DNA from: Escherichia coli
Lineage (GTDB): Bacteria; Pseudomonadota; Gammaproteobacteria; Enterobacterales; Enterobacteriaceae
NCBI RefSeq assembly: GCF_003334335.1
Contig: NZ_QOWQ01000014.1
Reading direction: 5' to 3' (one strand)
Length of the DNA stretch: 64,000 nt
Shown here one piece after another: positions 10,268 through 26,212 of this stretch (its first letter is position 1; each line of letters begins with the position of its first letter). A program made the position numbers and the translations under genes. The notes below the pieces were generated by a model. The model saw only the letters and a program-made list of their open reading frames with translations. It did not search any database and was not told the DNA's origin.

Positions 10268-10855
10268 TTAATAGAAAATGCGTACCGCGCAATAGACCAG
10301 CAACAGGGCAAGCACGATATTTAACTGGCGACCATACTGGCGAAACAATCGCTGAAACAGATGCCCCGCCAGCGCCCAGCACACATTGCCAAACGTCCCA
10401 ATCATCGCCAGCAAAACGCTGACGCCAACTACCCAGCTTAACGCCTGTGTTTGCGGCAGAACAAACGTCGACAGTGCCGTAACACCGTACAAAATGATTT
10501 TGACGTTCACAAACTGCAAAGCAAAGCTGGCCCAAAAGCTGATTGGTTTTGCCTGAAGTCCGTCTTCCTTTGTTGGGCTGGTGGCGATTTTCCACGCCAG
10601 CCAGACAATATATGCCGCCCCCGCCCAACTCAAAAGGTGTACCGCTGCCGGGTCAATCACTGCCAGTGAAAATGAAATGCCCGCACACAGTAACATCACA
10701 ATCAAAAATCCCAGACTCATCCCTGCCAGCACGCGGGTACTTTGACGAAATCCATGCGACGTAGCAGAGCTAAGGGCGAGAATATTGTTCGGTCCTGGCG
10801 TCATAGCGGTAATCAGGGTGTAAGTCCAAAAAGCACTTAAAAGGGTCGGTGTCAC
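10268..10855 (-). CDS. eamB: cysteine/O-acetylserine exporter (LysE/RhtB family)
   Basis: 195 aa MTPTLLSAFWTYTLITAMTPGPNNILAL... recognised as EamB (YfiK); first codon is GTG preceded by GGAG. Confidence 0.9.
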   Translation of the reverse strand: MTPTLLSAFWTYTLITAMTPGPNNILALSSATSHGFRQSTRVLAGMSLGFLIVMLLCAGISFSLAVIDPAAVHLLSWAGAAYIVWLAWKIATSPTKEDGLQAKPISFWASFALQFVNVKIILYGVTALSTFVLPQTQALSWVVGVSVLLAMIGTFGNVCWALAGHLFQRLFRQYGRQLNIVLALLLVYCAVRIFY

Positions 10856-10957
10856 TTGTTATCTCCTCTGTTTTGGTAGACAGTACCCGACACGGAACAT
10901 TTAAAAAAATGAATGTTTTTATATTCTAGATTCGATATTTTCGATAGGTTTGGGGTT

Positions 10958-11839
10958 ATGGATCTGCGCCGTTTTATTACGCTTAAAACCGTGGTGGAAG
11001 AGGGTTCCTTTTTGCGAGCTTCGCAAAAATTGTGCTGTACACAATCGACGGTGACTTTTCATATTCAGCAGCTTGAGCAGGAGTTTTCAGTCCAGTTATT
11101 TGAGAAAATTGGCCGACGGATGTGCCTTACCCGCGAAGGAAAAAAGTTGCTGCCGCACATTTATGAACTTACCCGAGTGATGGATACGCTTCGTGAGGCT
11201 GCCAAAAAGGAGTCAGATCCGGACGGGGAACTACGCGTTGTTTCGGGCGAAACGTTGCTCTCTTACCGAATGCCGCAGGTGTTACAGCGTTTTCGGCAAC
11301 GCGCCCCAAAAGTGCGTTTATCGTTGCAGTCGCTGAACTGTTACGTGATCCGTGATGCGCTACTGAATGATGAGGCCGATGTTGGCGTCTTTTATCGTGT
11401 AGGGAATGATGATGCTCTGAATCGACGAGAGTTGGGTGAACAATCACTGGTGCTGGTGGCTTCACCGCAAATTGCAGATGTCGATTTTACTGAGCCGGGA
11501 AGACATAACGCCTGTAGCTTTATTATCAACGAACCGCAATGTGTCTTCCGGCAGATATTTGAGAGCACGCTGCGTCAGCGGCGGATCACGGTGGAAAACA
11601 CCATTGAGCTTATAAGTATCGAAAGCATCAAGCGTTGTGTCGCGGCGAATATCGGGGTCAGCTACCTACCGCGCTTTGCGGTGGCAAAAGAGTTGGAGTG
11701 CGGAGAATTAATTGAATTGCCTTTTGGCGAACAGTCGCAGACCATTACGGCCATGTGCGCACATCATGCTGGAAAAGCGGTTAGCCCGGCGATGCACACT
11801 TTTATTCAGTGTGTTGAAGAGAGTTTTGTGGCTGGATAA
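10958..11839 (+). CDS. yfiE: LysR-family transcriptional regulator YfiE
   Basis: ORF 10913..11839; ATG at 10958 (MDLRRFITLKTVVEEGSF...) gives 293 aa; N-terminal HTH typical of LysR regulators. Confidence 0.85.
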   Translation: MDLRRFITLKTVVEEGSFLRASQKLCCTQSTVTFHIQQLEQEFSVQLFEKIGRRMCLTREGKKLLPHIYELTRVMDTLREAAKKESDPDGELRVVSGETLLSYRMPQVLQRFRQRAPKVRLSLQSLNCYVIRDALLNDEADVGVFYRVGNDDALNRRELGEQSLVLVASPQIADVDFTEPGRHNACSFIINEPQCVFRQIFESTLRQRRITVENTIELISIESIKRCVAANIGVSYLPRFAVAKELECGELIELPFGEQSQTITAMCAHHAGKAVSPAMHTFIQCVEESFVAG

Positions 11840-11897
11840 AAATAATGTCGGGATTAAACCCGGCATTTAACTTGTCGACAAAGTGCGCTTTATTCAT

Positions 11898-11996
11898 GCC
11901 GGATGCGGCGTGAACGCCTTATCCGGCCTACAAGATCGTGCAAATTCAATATATTGCATGAGCCACGTAGGCCTGATAAGCGTAGCGCATCAGGCA
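11898..11996. repeat. BIME/RIP-type element: two inverted REP sequences flanking an AT-rich spacer
   Basis: GCCGGATGCGGCGTGAACGCCTTATCCGGCCTACA ... CAAATTCAATATATTGCA ... GTAGGCCTGATAAGCGTAGCGCATCAGGCA; near-identical copy at 42064..42162. Confidence 0.85.
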
Positions 11997-12047
11997 GTTT
12001 TGCGTTTGCCAGCACTTTTAATACCAGGCTTAAACCTGGCATTGAGA

Positions 12048-13382
12048 TTACTCTTCTGTCGTTTGCGGTGGCACGCCCGTTCCGCTTGGTTTACGGCGCT
12101 TACCAATATTTTTGGTGTCGCGATGGCGTTTTTTCACCCGCGGCTTCTCTTTCTCTTTAGCTTTTTTCTTCTCAGCACGTTTAGCCAGTACTTTCTTCGA
12201 TGGCTTGCCGGTCTGCTTTTCGCTTGGCGCACGCGTTTTCGGGCGTAACTCATCAATAACGCGAGCTTTAATTGGCTCTTCAATATAGCGGCCTACTTTA
12301 CCCAGCAGCAGATGGTCATGGGCTTCCACCAGCGAAATTGCGGTGCCTTTACGACCGGCGCGCGCGGTACGTCCGATACGGTGCAAATAAGTATCGCCAC
12401 TGCGCGGCATATCGAAGTTAAAGACGTGGCTGACGTCAGGAATGTCGATACCGCGCGCGGCAACATCGGTTGCGACCAGTACGTTTACGCGACCTTCGGT
12501 CAAACGCTTGATCGCTTCGTTACGCTTGCCCTGTACCATCTCACCTTCGAGATAGCAGTTGTTGATGCCCGCTTCGCGCAGCCAGTTTGCCAGCTCATGC
12601 ACACGCTCACGCTTACGCACAAACACAATTGAGCGGGTCGCTTCCGGCTGTTTTAACAGATGCACCAGCAACGCGGTTTTATGCTCAAGATCATCGGCGC
12701 GGTAATACCACTGATGAATTTTTTTGCGCTCACGGGTGGAGGGATTGGCAGAAACTTCCACCGGATCTTCCAGCAGACGCTCGGCAAAGTCCTGAATCGC
12801 ATCGCCTTCCAGCGTTGCCGAAAAGAGCAGGGTCTGTTTACGCCAGCGCGTTTCGCCAGCAATATGTTCGATATCCTGAGCGAAGCCCATATCCAGCATA
12901 CGGTCTGCTTCGTCGAGGATCAGCGTTTCAACCGCGCGGCAATCGAAGTTCTCTTCTTTTATGTATTGCAGCAGACGTCCGGTCGTGGCGACCACGATGT
13001 CCTGATTTTCGCTGAACACTTCCGCGTGGTTCATATAGGCTACGCCGCCGGTGATGGTGGCGATATCCAGATGCGTATGTTTCGCCAGTTCGCGGGCATG
13101 ATCGGCCACCTGCATCGCCAGCTCGCGAGTTGGGGTGAGGATCAAAATACGCGGCGGACCGGATTTCTTACGCGGGAAATCGAGCAGGTGCTGCAACGCT
13201 GGCAGCAGATACGCCGCCGTTTTACCGGTGCCTGTCGGCGCAGAACCGAGTACATCACGGCCATCGAGCGCAGGCGGAATGGCGGCAGCCTGAATGGCGG
13301 TCGGGCGAGTGAAACCTTTATCCTGGAGGGCTTCCAGCAGGCTTTCGTCGAGTTCAAGTTCGGAAAAAGTCGTTACAGTCAT
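12048..13382 (-). CDS. srmB: DEAD-box ATP-dependent RNA helicase (50S ribosome assembly)
   Basis: 444 aa [31 protein letters not shown]... with DEAD box and lysine-rich C-terminal tail. Confidence 0.95.
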   Translation of the reverse strand: MTVTTFSELELDESLLEALQDKGFTRPTAIQAAAIPPALDGRDVLGSAPTGTGKTAAYLLPALQHLLDFPRKKSGPPRILILTPTRELAMQVADHARELAKHTHLDIATITGGVAYMNHAEVFSENQDIVVATTGRLLQYIKEENFDCRAVETLILDEADRMLDMGFAQDIEHIAGETRWRKQTLLFSATLEGDAIQDFAERLLEDPVEVSANPSTRERKKIHQWYYRADDLEHKTALLVHLLKQPEATRSIVFVRKRERVHELANWLREAGINNCYLEGEMVQGKRNEAIKRLTEGRVNVLVATDVAARGIDIPDVSHVFNFDMPRSGDTYLHRIGRTARAGRKGTAISLVEAHDHLLLGKVGRYIEEPIKARVIDELRPKTRAPSEKQTGKPSKKVLAKRAEKKKAKEKEKPRVKKRHRDTKNIGKRRKPSGTGVPPQTTEE

Positions 13383-13513
13383 GTTCTACCTCTGTGTGGG
13401 GCGCTGATTATAGACGTTACGGCTGCAATCTTCATCTGTTTGTATGGATATCGCTTCTCGGGTATTGTTCTCACCCGGTGCTATCGCCGTTTTTCCTGCA
13501 AGGTTTTATTTTC

Positions 13514-15867
<2,354 letters not shown>

Positions 15868-16113
15868 TTAATTTACTAAACATGGTTTGGTCAGCATAGC
15901 ATCATGTTGTGCGGATAAACACCTGCTATTTTAATATTTGTTACAGTTGCTAAACACGCTGACGCAGGGCGGCGAGAAAAAGAGAAGTTACTGGCTGGTG
16001 GAGGATTAGGTGGTGAAATAAAAAGGCCGTTGGGTTACTCTTCAGGCAGTTAAATGGGCATTTCTACACAGATAATGCGATGTTCAGATTCTGTAGACTT
16101 ATAATGATAGATA

Positions 16114-16269
16114 ATGATCCGTCTACAGCATGACAAACAAAAACAGATGCGTTACGGAACTTTACAAAAACGAGACACTCTAACCCTTTGCTTGCTCAAA
16201 TTGCAGCTAATGGAGTGGCGTTTCGATAGCGCGTGGAAATTTGGTTTGGGGAGACTTTACCTCGGATGA
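16114..16269 (+). CDS. rseD: 51-codon leader ORF ending in ATGA overlap with the rpoE start (consistent with rseD)
   Basis: ATG 16114 to TGA 16267-16269, translation MIRLQHDKQKQMRYGTLQKRDTLTLCLLKLQLMEWRFDSAWKFGLGRLYLG; stop overlaps rpoE ATG at 16266. Confidence 0.55.
   Translation: MIRLQHDKQKQMRYGTLQKRDTLTLCLLKLQLMEWRFDSAWKFGLGRLYLG
16156..16183 (+). promoter_or_regulatory. sigma-E-dependent autoregulated rpoE promoter
   Basis: GGAACTT -35, 16-bp spacer, TCTAA -10; lies inside the leader ORF. Confidence 0.75.
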
Positions 16270-16841
16270 GCGAGCAGTTAACGGACCAGGTCCTGGTTGA
16301 ACGGGTCCAGAAGGGAGATCAGAAAGCCTTTAACTTACTGGTAGTGCGCTATCAGCATAAAGTGGCGAGTCTGGTTTCCCGCTATGTGCCGTCGGGTGAT
16401 GTTCCCGATGTGGTACAAGAAGCTTTTATTAAAGCCTATCGTGCGCTGGATTCGTTCCGGGGAGATAGCGCTTTTTATACATGGCTGTATCGGATTGCTG
16501 TAAATACAGCGAAAAATTACCTGGTTGCTCAGGGGCGTCGTCCACCTTCCAGTGATGTGGATGCCATTGAAGCTGAAAACTTCGAAAGTGGCGGCGCGTT
16601 GAAAGAAATTTCGAACCCTGAGAACTTAATGTTGTCAGAAGAACTGAGACAGATAGTTTTCCGAACTATTGAGTCCCTCCCGGAAGATTTACGCATGGCA
16701 ATAACCTTGCGGGAGCTGGATGGCCTGAGCTATGAAGAGATAGCCGCTATCATGGATTGTCCGGTAGGTACGGTGCGTTCACGTATCTTCCGAGCGAGGG
16801 AAGCTATTGATAACAAAGTTCAACCGCTTATCAGGCGTTGA
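16266..16841 (+). CDS. rpoE: RNA polymerase sigma-E (sigma-24) envelope stress sigma factor
   Basis: ORF 16233..16841; ATG at 16266 (MSEQLTDQVLVERVQKGDQKAFNLLVVRYQHKV...) gives 191 aa. Confidence 0.96.
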   Translation: MSEQLTDQVLVERVQKGDQKAFNLLVVRYQHKVASLVSRYVPSGDVPDVVQEAFIKAYRALDSFRGDSAFYTWLYRIAVNTAKNYLVAQGRRPPSSDVDAIEAENFESGGALKEISNPENLMLSEELRQIVFRTIESLPEDLRMAITLRELDGLSYEEIAAIMDCPVGTVRSRIFRAREAIDNKVQPLIRR

Positions 16842-16873
16842 CGATAGCGGGATACTGGATAAGGGTATTAGGC

Positions 16874-17524
16874 ATGCAGAAAGAACAACTTTCCGCTTTA
16901 ATGGATGGCGAAACGCTGGATAGTGAGCTGCTTAACGAACTGGCTCATAACCCAGAAATGCAGAAAACCTGGGAAAGCTATCACTTAATCCGTGACTCAA
17001 TGCGGGGTGATACTCCCGAGGTGCTCCATTTCGATATCTCTTCACGCGTGATGGCCGCCATTGAAGAAGAGCCAGTACGTCAACCGGCGACATTGATCCC
17101 GGAAGCCCAGCCTGCGCCGCATCAATGGCAGAAAATGCCATTCTGGCAGAAAGTACGTCCGTGGGCGGCACAGCTTACCCAAATGGGCGTAGCCGCATGC
17201 GTATCGCTTGCAGTTATCGTTGGCGTCCAGCACTATAATGGACAATCTGAAACGTCCCAGCAGCCCGAAACGCCGGTATTTAATACACTGCCGATGATGG
17301 GTAAAGCCAGCCCGGTAAGCCTGGGAGTACCTTCTGAAGCGACCGCAAACAATGGTCAACAGCAGCAGGTACAGGAGCAGCGTCGTCGCATTAATGCAAT
17401 GTTGCAGGATTACGAACTGCAACGCCGACTCCACTCTGAACAGCTTCAGTTTGAGCAGGCGCAAACCCAGCAAGCCGCTGTACAGGTGCCAGGAATTCAA
17501 ACTTTAGGAACGCAATCGCAGTAA
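16874..17524 (+). CDS. rseA: anti-sigma-E factor
   Basis: ORF 16838..17524; ATG at 16874 (MQKEQLSALMDGETLDSELLNEL...) gives 216 aa. Confidence 0.95.
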   Translation: MQKEQLSALMDGETLDSELLNELAHNPEMQKTWESYHLIRDSMRGDTPEVLHFDISSRVMAAIEEEPVRQPATLIPEAQPAPHQWQKMPFWQKVRPWAAQLTQMGVAACVSLAVIVGVQHYNGQSETSQQPETPVFNTLPMMGKASPVSLGVPSEATANNGQQQQVQEQRRRINAMLQDYELQRRLHSEQLQFEQAQTQQAAVQVPGIQTLGTQSQ

Positions 17525-18480
17525 TGAAGCAACTTTGGTTTGCCATGTCATTAGTGACAGGTAGCCTGTTATTCTCTGCTAACGCCTCGGCCACTCCCGC
17601 GTCCGGGGCGTTATTACAGCAGATGAACCTGGCCAGTCAGTCACTGAATTACGAGCTGTCATTCATCAGCATCAATAAACAGGGTGTTGAGTCTCTGCGT
17701 TATCGACATGCACGCCTCGATAACCGTCCTCTTGCACAATTGTTGCAAATGGATGGCCCGCGCCGGGAAGTGGTACAGCGCGGCAATGAAATCAGCTATT
17801 TTGAACCGGGACTTGAACCGTTCACGCTTAATGGCGATTACATTGTTGATTCTCTGCCATCGCTTATCTATACCGATTTCAAACGCCTTTCTCCTTACTA
17901 CGACTTTATCTCCGTCGGGCGCACGCGTATTGCTGATCGTCTTTGCGAAGTCATTCGCGTGGTTGCCCGAGATGGTACACGCTACAGCTACATCGTGTGG
18001 ATGGACACCGAATCGAAATTACCGATGCGGGTTGATCTCCTTGATCGCGATGGTGAAACGCTGGAACAATTTCGCGTGATTGCTTTTAACGTCAATCAGG
18101 ATATCAGCAGCAGTATGCAGACGCTGGCGAAGGCAAATTTGCCGCCGTTGCTTTCTGTTCCTGTAGGTGAAAAAGCTAAATTCAGCTGGACGCCAACCTG
18201 GTTGCCACAGGGTTTTAGCGAAGTTTCCAGTAGTCGACGTCCGCTACCGACGATGGACAACATGCCTATCGAATCACGTCTCTATTCCGACGGATTATTC
18301 AGCTTCTCGGTAAACGTTAACCGCGCTACGCCATCGAGCACCGATCAGATGTTGCGCACCGGACGCAGAACCGTCAGTACAAGCGTACGTGATAACGCCG
18401 AAATCACCATTGTCGGTGAACTGCCGCCGCAAACGGCGAAACGCATTGCCGAGAATATTAAGTTCGGGGCAGCGCAATGA
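17524..18480 (+). CDS. rseB: periplasmic regulator of sigma-E, binds RseA
   Basis: 318 aa MKQLWFAMSLVTGSLLFSANASA... with signal peptide; start overlaps rseA stop (TAATG). Confidence 0.95.
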   Translation: MKQLWFAMSLVTGSLLFSANASATPASGALLQQMNLASQSLNYELSFISINKQGVESLRYRHARLDNRPLAQLLQMDGPRREVVQRGNEISYFEPGLEPFTLNGDYIVDSLPSLIYTDFKRLSPYYDFISVGRTRIADRLCEVIRVVARDGTRYSYIVWMDTESKLPMRVDLLDRDGETLEQFRVIAFNVNQDISSSMQTLAKANLPPLLSVPVGEKAKFSWTPTWLPQGFSEVSSSRRPLPTMDNMPIESRLYSDGLFSFSVNVNRATPSSTDQMLRTGRRTVSTSVRDNAEITIVGELPPQTAKRIAENIKFGAAQ

Positions 18481-18956
18481 TCAAAGAGTGGGCTACCGTC
18501 GTCTCCTGGCAAAACGGGCAGGCGCTGGTCAGTTGTGATGTTAAAGCTTCATGCAGCAGCTGCGCTTCACGCGCCGGTTGCGGTAGCCGCGTGTTAAATA
18601 AACTTGGCCCGCAAACCACGCATACCATTGTCGTACCCTGTGATGAGCCGTTAGTGCCGGGGCAAAAAGTGGAATTGGGGATCGCCGAAGGCAGCCTGCT
18701 TAGCTCCGCATTACTGGTTTATATGTCGCCGCTGGTGGGATTATTCCTTATCGCTTCGCTATTTCAGCTACTCTTTGCTTCTGACGTCGCAGCATTATGT
18801 GGTGCGATCCTCGGTGGTATTGGCGGGTTCCTGATTGCGCGCGGCTACTCGCGTAAGTTTGCTGCCCGGGCAGAATGGCAACCGATCATCTTAAGCGTGG
18901 CATTGCCGCCTGGCCTTGTGCGATTTGAAACATCTTCGGAAGACGCGAGCCAGTGA
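18477..18956 (+). CDS. rseC: RseC (SoxR-reducing system related membrane protein)
   Basis: 159 aa MIKEWATVVSWQNGQALVSCDVKASCSSC...; overlaps rseB stop. Confidence 0.93.
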   Translation: MIKEWATVVSWQNGQALVSCDVKASCSSCASRAGCGSRVLNKLGPQTTHTIVVPCDEPLVPGQKVELGIAEGSLLSSALLVYMSPLVGLFLIASLFQLLFASDVAALCGAILGGIGGFLIARGYSRKFAARAEWQPIILSVALPPGLVRFETSSEDASQ

Positions 18957-19153
18957 TTTCACTGGCTTTGTTGCATTTTGCATAACAAATGCGAGGACGT
19001 TTCCAGATACCACAATCCATACGGTATGAACATTTCCTCGCCTCAATGTTGTAGTGTAGAATGCGGCGTTTCTATTAATACAGACGTTAAGCTCAGAACA
19101 GCGACTTCTAAAAGCCTGGTTAACCGGGCATTAAGGCACAATAATCATACTTT

Positions 19154-20953
<1,800 letters not shown>

Positions 20954-20968
20954 CCCTTAGGAGTTGGC

Positions 20969-21943
20969 ATGGCGAATATGTTTGCCCTGATTCTGGTGAT
21001 TGCCACACTGGTGACGGGCATTTTATGGTGCGTGGATAAATTCTTTTTCGCACCTAAACGGCGGGAACGTCAGGCAGCGGCGCAGGCGGCTGCCGGGGAC
21101 TCACTGGATAAAGCAACGTTGAAAAAGGTTGCGCCGAAGCCTGGCTGGCTGGAAACCGGTGCTTCTGTTTTTCCGGTACTGGCTATCGTATTGATTGTGC
21201 GTTCGTTTATTTATGAACCGTTCCAGATCCCGTCAGGTTCGATGATGCCGACTCTGTTAATTGGTGATTTTATTCTGGTAGAGAAGTTTGCTTATGGCAT
21301 TAAAGATCCTATCTACCAGAAAACGCTGATCGAAACCGGTCATCCGAAACGCGGCGATATCGTGGTCTTTAAATATCCGGAAGATCCAAAGCTTGATTAC
21401 ATCAAGCGCGCGGTGGGTTTACCGGGCGATAAAGTCACTTACGATCCGGTCTCAAAAGAGCTGACGATTCAACCGGGATGCAGTTCCGGCCAGGCGTGTG
21501 AAAACGCGCTGCCGGTCACCTACTCAAACGTGGAACCGAGCGATTTCGTTCAGACCTTCTCACGCCGTAATGGTGGGGAAGCGACCAGCGGATTCTTTGA
21601 AGTGCCGAAAAACGAAACCAAAGAAAATGGAATTCGTCTTTCCGAGCGTAAAGAGACACTGGGTGATGTGACGCACCGCATTCTGACAGTGCCGATTGCG
21701 CAGGATCAGGTGGGGATGTATTACCAGCAGCCAGGGCAACAACTGGCAACCTGGATTGTTCCTCCGGGACAATACTTCATGATGGGCGACAACCGCGACA
21801 ACAGCGCGGACAGCCGTTACTGGGGCTTTGTGCCGGAAGCGAATCTGGTCGGTCGGGCAACGGCTATCTGGATGAGCTTCGATAAGCAAGAAGGCGAATG
21901 GCCGACTGGTCTGCGCTTAAGTCGCATTGGCGGCATCCATTAA
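20969..21943 (+). CDS. lepB: signal peptidase I (leader peptidase)
   Basis: 324 aa MANMFALILVIATLVTGILWCVDKFFF... recognised. Confidence 0.96.
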   Translation: MANMFALILVIATLVTGILWCVDKFFFAPKRRERQAAAQAAAGDSLDKATLKKVAPKPGWLETGASVFPVLAIVLIVRSFIYEPFQIPSGSMMPTLLIGDFILVEKFAYGIKDPIYQKTLIETGHPKRGDIVVFKYPEDPKLDYIKRAVGLPGDKVTYDPVSKELTIQPGCSSGQACENALPVTYSNVEPSDFVQTFSRRNGGEATSGFFEVPKNETKENGIRLSERKETLGDVTHRILTVPIAQDQVGMYYQQPGQQLATWIVPPGQYFMMGDNRDNSADSRYWGFVPEANLVGRATAIWMSFDKQEGEWPTGLRLSRIGGIH

Positions 21944-21955
21944 TAGCCATCTTCG

Positions 21956-21995
21956 TTCACGTTGTCGCCGTTATGGCGACAACGTGAATTATTTA
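21956..21995 (+). terminator. Rho-independent terminator after lepB
   Basis: 14-bp stem TTCACGTTGTCGCC / GGCGACAACGTGAA with GTTA loop, followed by TTATTTAT. Confidence 0.8.
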
Positions 21996-22087
21996 TGAGA
22001 TAAATCTCCCGTGGCTAACGACATCCCCCGTCGTTGTGTATAGAATATTCCCCCGAAGTTTAAGGTTGGCACCTCCAGGTTGCCACG

Positions 22088-22181
22088 GCACACGAAACAG
22101 CGTTGGTCCCCATATACCGGTAAACTGAAACTGCAGCGAAGCAGTTAGCAGAACCATGTATATCAGGTCTGTTTCGTGTGC
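22088..22181 (+). promoter_or_regulatory. long stem-loop in the rnc 5' leader (candidate RNase III autoregulatory processing site)
   Basis: GCACACGAAACAG (22088..22100) is the perfect reverse complement of CTGTTTCGTGTGC (22169..22181), 34 nt upstream of the rnc ATG. Confidence 0.65.
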
Positions 22182-22184
22182 TGA

Positions 22185-23797
<1,613 letters not shown>

Positions 23798-23808
23798 GAG
23801 TAACTCCG

Positions 23809-24537
23809 ATGGAAGGCTGGCAGCGCGCATTTGTCCTGCATAGTCGCCCGTGGAGCGAAACCAGCCTGATGCTGGACGTCTTCACGGAGGAATCGGGGCG
23901 CGTGCGTCTGGTTGCCAAAGGCGCACGCTCTAAACGCTCTACCCTGAAAGGTGCATTACAGCCTTTCACCCCTCTCTTGCTACGTTTTGGCGGGCGTGGC
24001 GAAGTCAAAACGCTGCGCAGTGCTGAAGCCGTCTCGCTGGCGCTGCCATTAAGCGGTATCACGCTTTACAGCGGTCTGTACATCAACGAACTTCTCTCCC
24101 GCGTACTGGAATACGAGACGCGCTTCTCTGAACTTTTTTTCGATTACTTGCACTGCATTCAGTCTCTTGCAGGGGTCACTGGTACGCCAGAACCCGCGCT
24201 GCGCCGCTTTGAACTGGCACTGCTCGGGCATCTGGGTTATGGCGTCAATTTTACCCATTGTGCGGGTAGCGGCGAGCCGGTAGATGACACCATGACGTAT
24301 CGTTATCGCGAAGAAAAAGGGTTTATCGCAAGCGTCGTTATCGACAATAAAACGTTCACCGGAAGGCAGTTAAAAGCGTTAAACGCACGGGAATTTCCTG
24401 ACGCAGACACACTGCGCGCCGCGAAACGCTTTACCCGCATGGCGCTTAAGCCGTATCTTGGCGGTAAACCTTTAAAGAGCAGGGAACTGTTCCGGCAGTT
24501 TATGCCTAAGCGAACGGTGAAAACACATTATGAATGA
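23809..24537 (+). CDS. recO: DNA repair protein RecO
   Basis: 242 aa [41 protein letters not shown]... recognised. Confidence 0.95.
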   Translation: MEGWQRAFVLHSRPWSETSLMLDVFTEESGRVRLVAKGARSKRSTLKGALQPFTPLLLRFGGRGEVKTLRSAEAVSLALPLSGITLYSGLYINELLSRVLEYETRFSELFFDYLHCIQSLAGVTGTPEPALRRFELALLGHLGYGVNFTHCAGSGEPVDDTMTYRYREEKGFIASVVIDNKTFTGRQLKALNAREFPDADTLRAAKRFTRMALKPYLGGKPLKSRELFRQFMPKRTVKTHYE

Positions 24538-24548
24538 TGAGGATTGTC

Positions 24549-25280
24549 ATGGCTGAATTACTGTTAGGCGTCAACATTGACCATATCGCTACGCTGCGCA
24601 ACGCGCGCGGTACCGCTTACCCGGATCCGGTGCAGGCCGCGTTTATTGCCGAGCAGGCGGGAGCGGACGGCATTACCGTGCATTTACGTGAAGATCGCCG
24701 TCACATTACTGACCGCGACGTGCGCATCCTGCGTCAGACGCTGGATACCCGCATGAATCTGGAGATGGCGGTGACCGAAGAGATGCTGGCGATCGCCGTT
24801 GAGACGAAGCCACATTTTTGCTGCCTGGTACCGGAAAAGCGTCAGGAAGTAACAACCGAAGGCGGCCTGGATGTCGCAGGGCAGCGTGACAAAATGCGCG
24901 ATGCCTGCAAACGTCTGGCAGATGCCGGGATTCAGGTTTCTCTGTTTATTGACGCCGATGAAGAGCAGATCAAAGCTGCGGCAGAGGTTGGCGCACCGTT
25001 TATCGAGATCCACACCGGTTGCTATGCTGATGCCAAAACTGACGCCGAACAGGCGCAAGAGCTGGCGCGTATCGCCAAAGCCGCGACCTTTGCCGCAAGC
25101 CTCGGTCTGAAAGTTAACGCCGGACACGGTCTGACCTATCACAACGTGAAAGCCATTGCCGCCATCCCTGAGATGCATGAACTGAATATCGGTCATGCCA
25201 TTATTGGTCGTGCAGTGATGACCGGACTGAAAGATGCGGTGGCAGAAATGAAGCGTCTGATGCTGGAAGCGCGTGGCTAA
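24549..25280 (+). CDS. pdxJ: pyridoxine 5'-phosphate synthase
   Basis: ORF 24534..25280; ATG at 24549 ([21 protein letters not shown]...) gives 243 aa. Confidence 0.95.
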
Positions 25281-25660
25281 TGGCAATATTAGGTTTAGGC
25301 ACGGATATTGTGGAGATCGCTCGCATCGAAGCGGTGATCGCCCGATCCGGTGATCGCCTGGCACGCCGCGTATTAAGCGATAACGAATGGGCTATCTGGA
25401 AAACGCACCACCAGCCGGTGCGTTTTCTGGCGAAGCGTTTTGCTGTGAAAGAAGCCGCAGCAAAAGCGTTTGGCACCGGGATCCGCAATGGTCTGGCGTT
25501 TAATCAATTTGAAGTATTCAATGATGAGCTCGGCAAACCACGGCTACGGCTATGGGGCGAGGCATTAAAACTGGCGGAAAAGCTGGGCGTTGCAAATATG
25601 CATGTAACGCTGGCAGATGAGCGGCACTATGCTTGTGCCACGGTAATTATTGAAAGTTAA
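25280..25660 (+). CDS. acpS: holo-[acyl-carrier-protein] synthase
   Basis: 126 aa [32 protein letters not shown]...; start overlaps pdxJ stop (TAATG). Confidence 0.96.
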
Positions 25661-25679
25661 AAATAATACCGTTCTCTTT

Positions 25680-25775
25680 AAAAAGTAAAACCCCCGAACT
25701 GGTAAGGAACGGGGGTTTTACTTTTTAACTTTAATTTTGTGCAGCATGCACCCTCAACAACAGCGATTATGGATC
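25680..25775 (-). ncRNA. ohsC: candidate antisense sRNA of the ShoB toxin (OhsC/RyfC-like); ends approximate
   Basis: Minus-strand segment between the bidirectional terminator and the divergent promoter region; carries the reverse complement of the 19-nt repeat that recurs at 25987..26005 in the shoB 5' UTR; known shoB/ohsC locus between acpS and yfhL. Confidence 0.45.
25687..25727. terminator. bidirectional Rho-independent terminator (acpS on plus; short antisense RNA on minus)
   Basis: Stem AAAACCCCCG / CGGGGGTTTT flanked by A-run upstream and T-run downstream, so it can terminate in both directions. Confidence 0.8.
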
Positions 25776-26080
25776 AGTGTACTTATCTTTTACAAGCAAC
25801 TTGCAATCTTTAGCATAAAAACTCGAGCCTTTACGAAGAAAGCAATATTGATGGAAAGATTAACGTGACCGCCAATTCGTAAGTACATTAAAATTGGCTT
25901 CGTTATTGAAGATTTTGCTGTGCTTTACACCATGCCACAGAATTCCCCCATTGAAACGAGTGGTGTCGTCAAAGCTCTGGTGTGGAGTGCAGCATGCACC
26001 CTCAATAACTCGCACGTTCAGTTTTGGGGAGATGTAAGGGCTAATCTGAATGGCTGCATTCCTTGTTTAAGGAAAAACGA

Positions 26081-26161
26081 ATGACTGATTGCCGATACCT
26101 GATTAAACGGGTCATCAAAATCATCATTGCTGTTTTACAGCTGATCCTTCTGTTCTTATAA
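26081..26161 (+). CDS. shoB: 26-aa hydrophobic type I toxin peptide
   Basis: ATG 26081, TAA 26159-26161; translation MTDCRYLIKRVIKIIIAVLQLILLFL; below the ORF-track size cutoff. Confidence 0.85.
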   Translation: MTDCRYLIKRVIKIIIAVLQLILLFL

Positions 26162-26178
26162 CACAAGGAAACGTACTT

Positions 26179-26212
26179 AAGGTGCGTCCGGTGAACCAGT
26201 CGGACGCACCTT
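26179..26212 (+). terminator. strong hairpin 3' of shoB (putative terminator or stability element)
   Basis: 12-bp perfect stem AAGGTGCGTCCG / CGGACGCACCTT with 10-nt loop; no clean U-tract, so terminator function is uncertain. Confidence 0.45.

Noticed and set aside
16147-16269. Shorter versions of the rpoE leader ORF starting at internal ATGs (41 or 19 codons)
   Set aside because: Kept as alternatives only; the 51-codon version from ATG 16114 matches the length I recall for rseD, but start-site mapping is needed.
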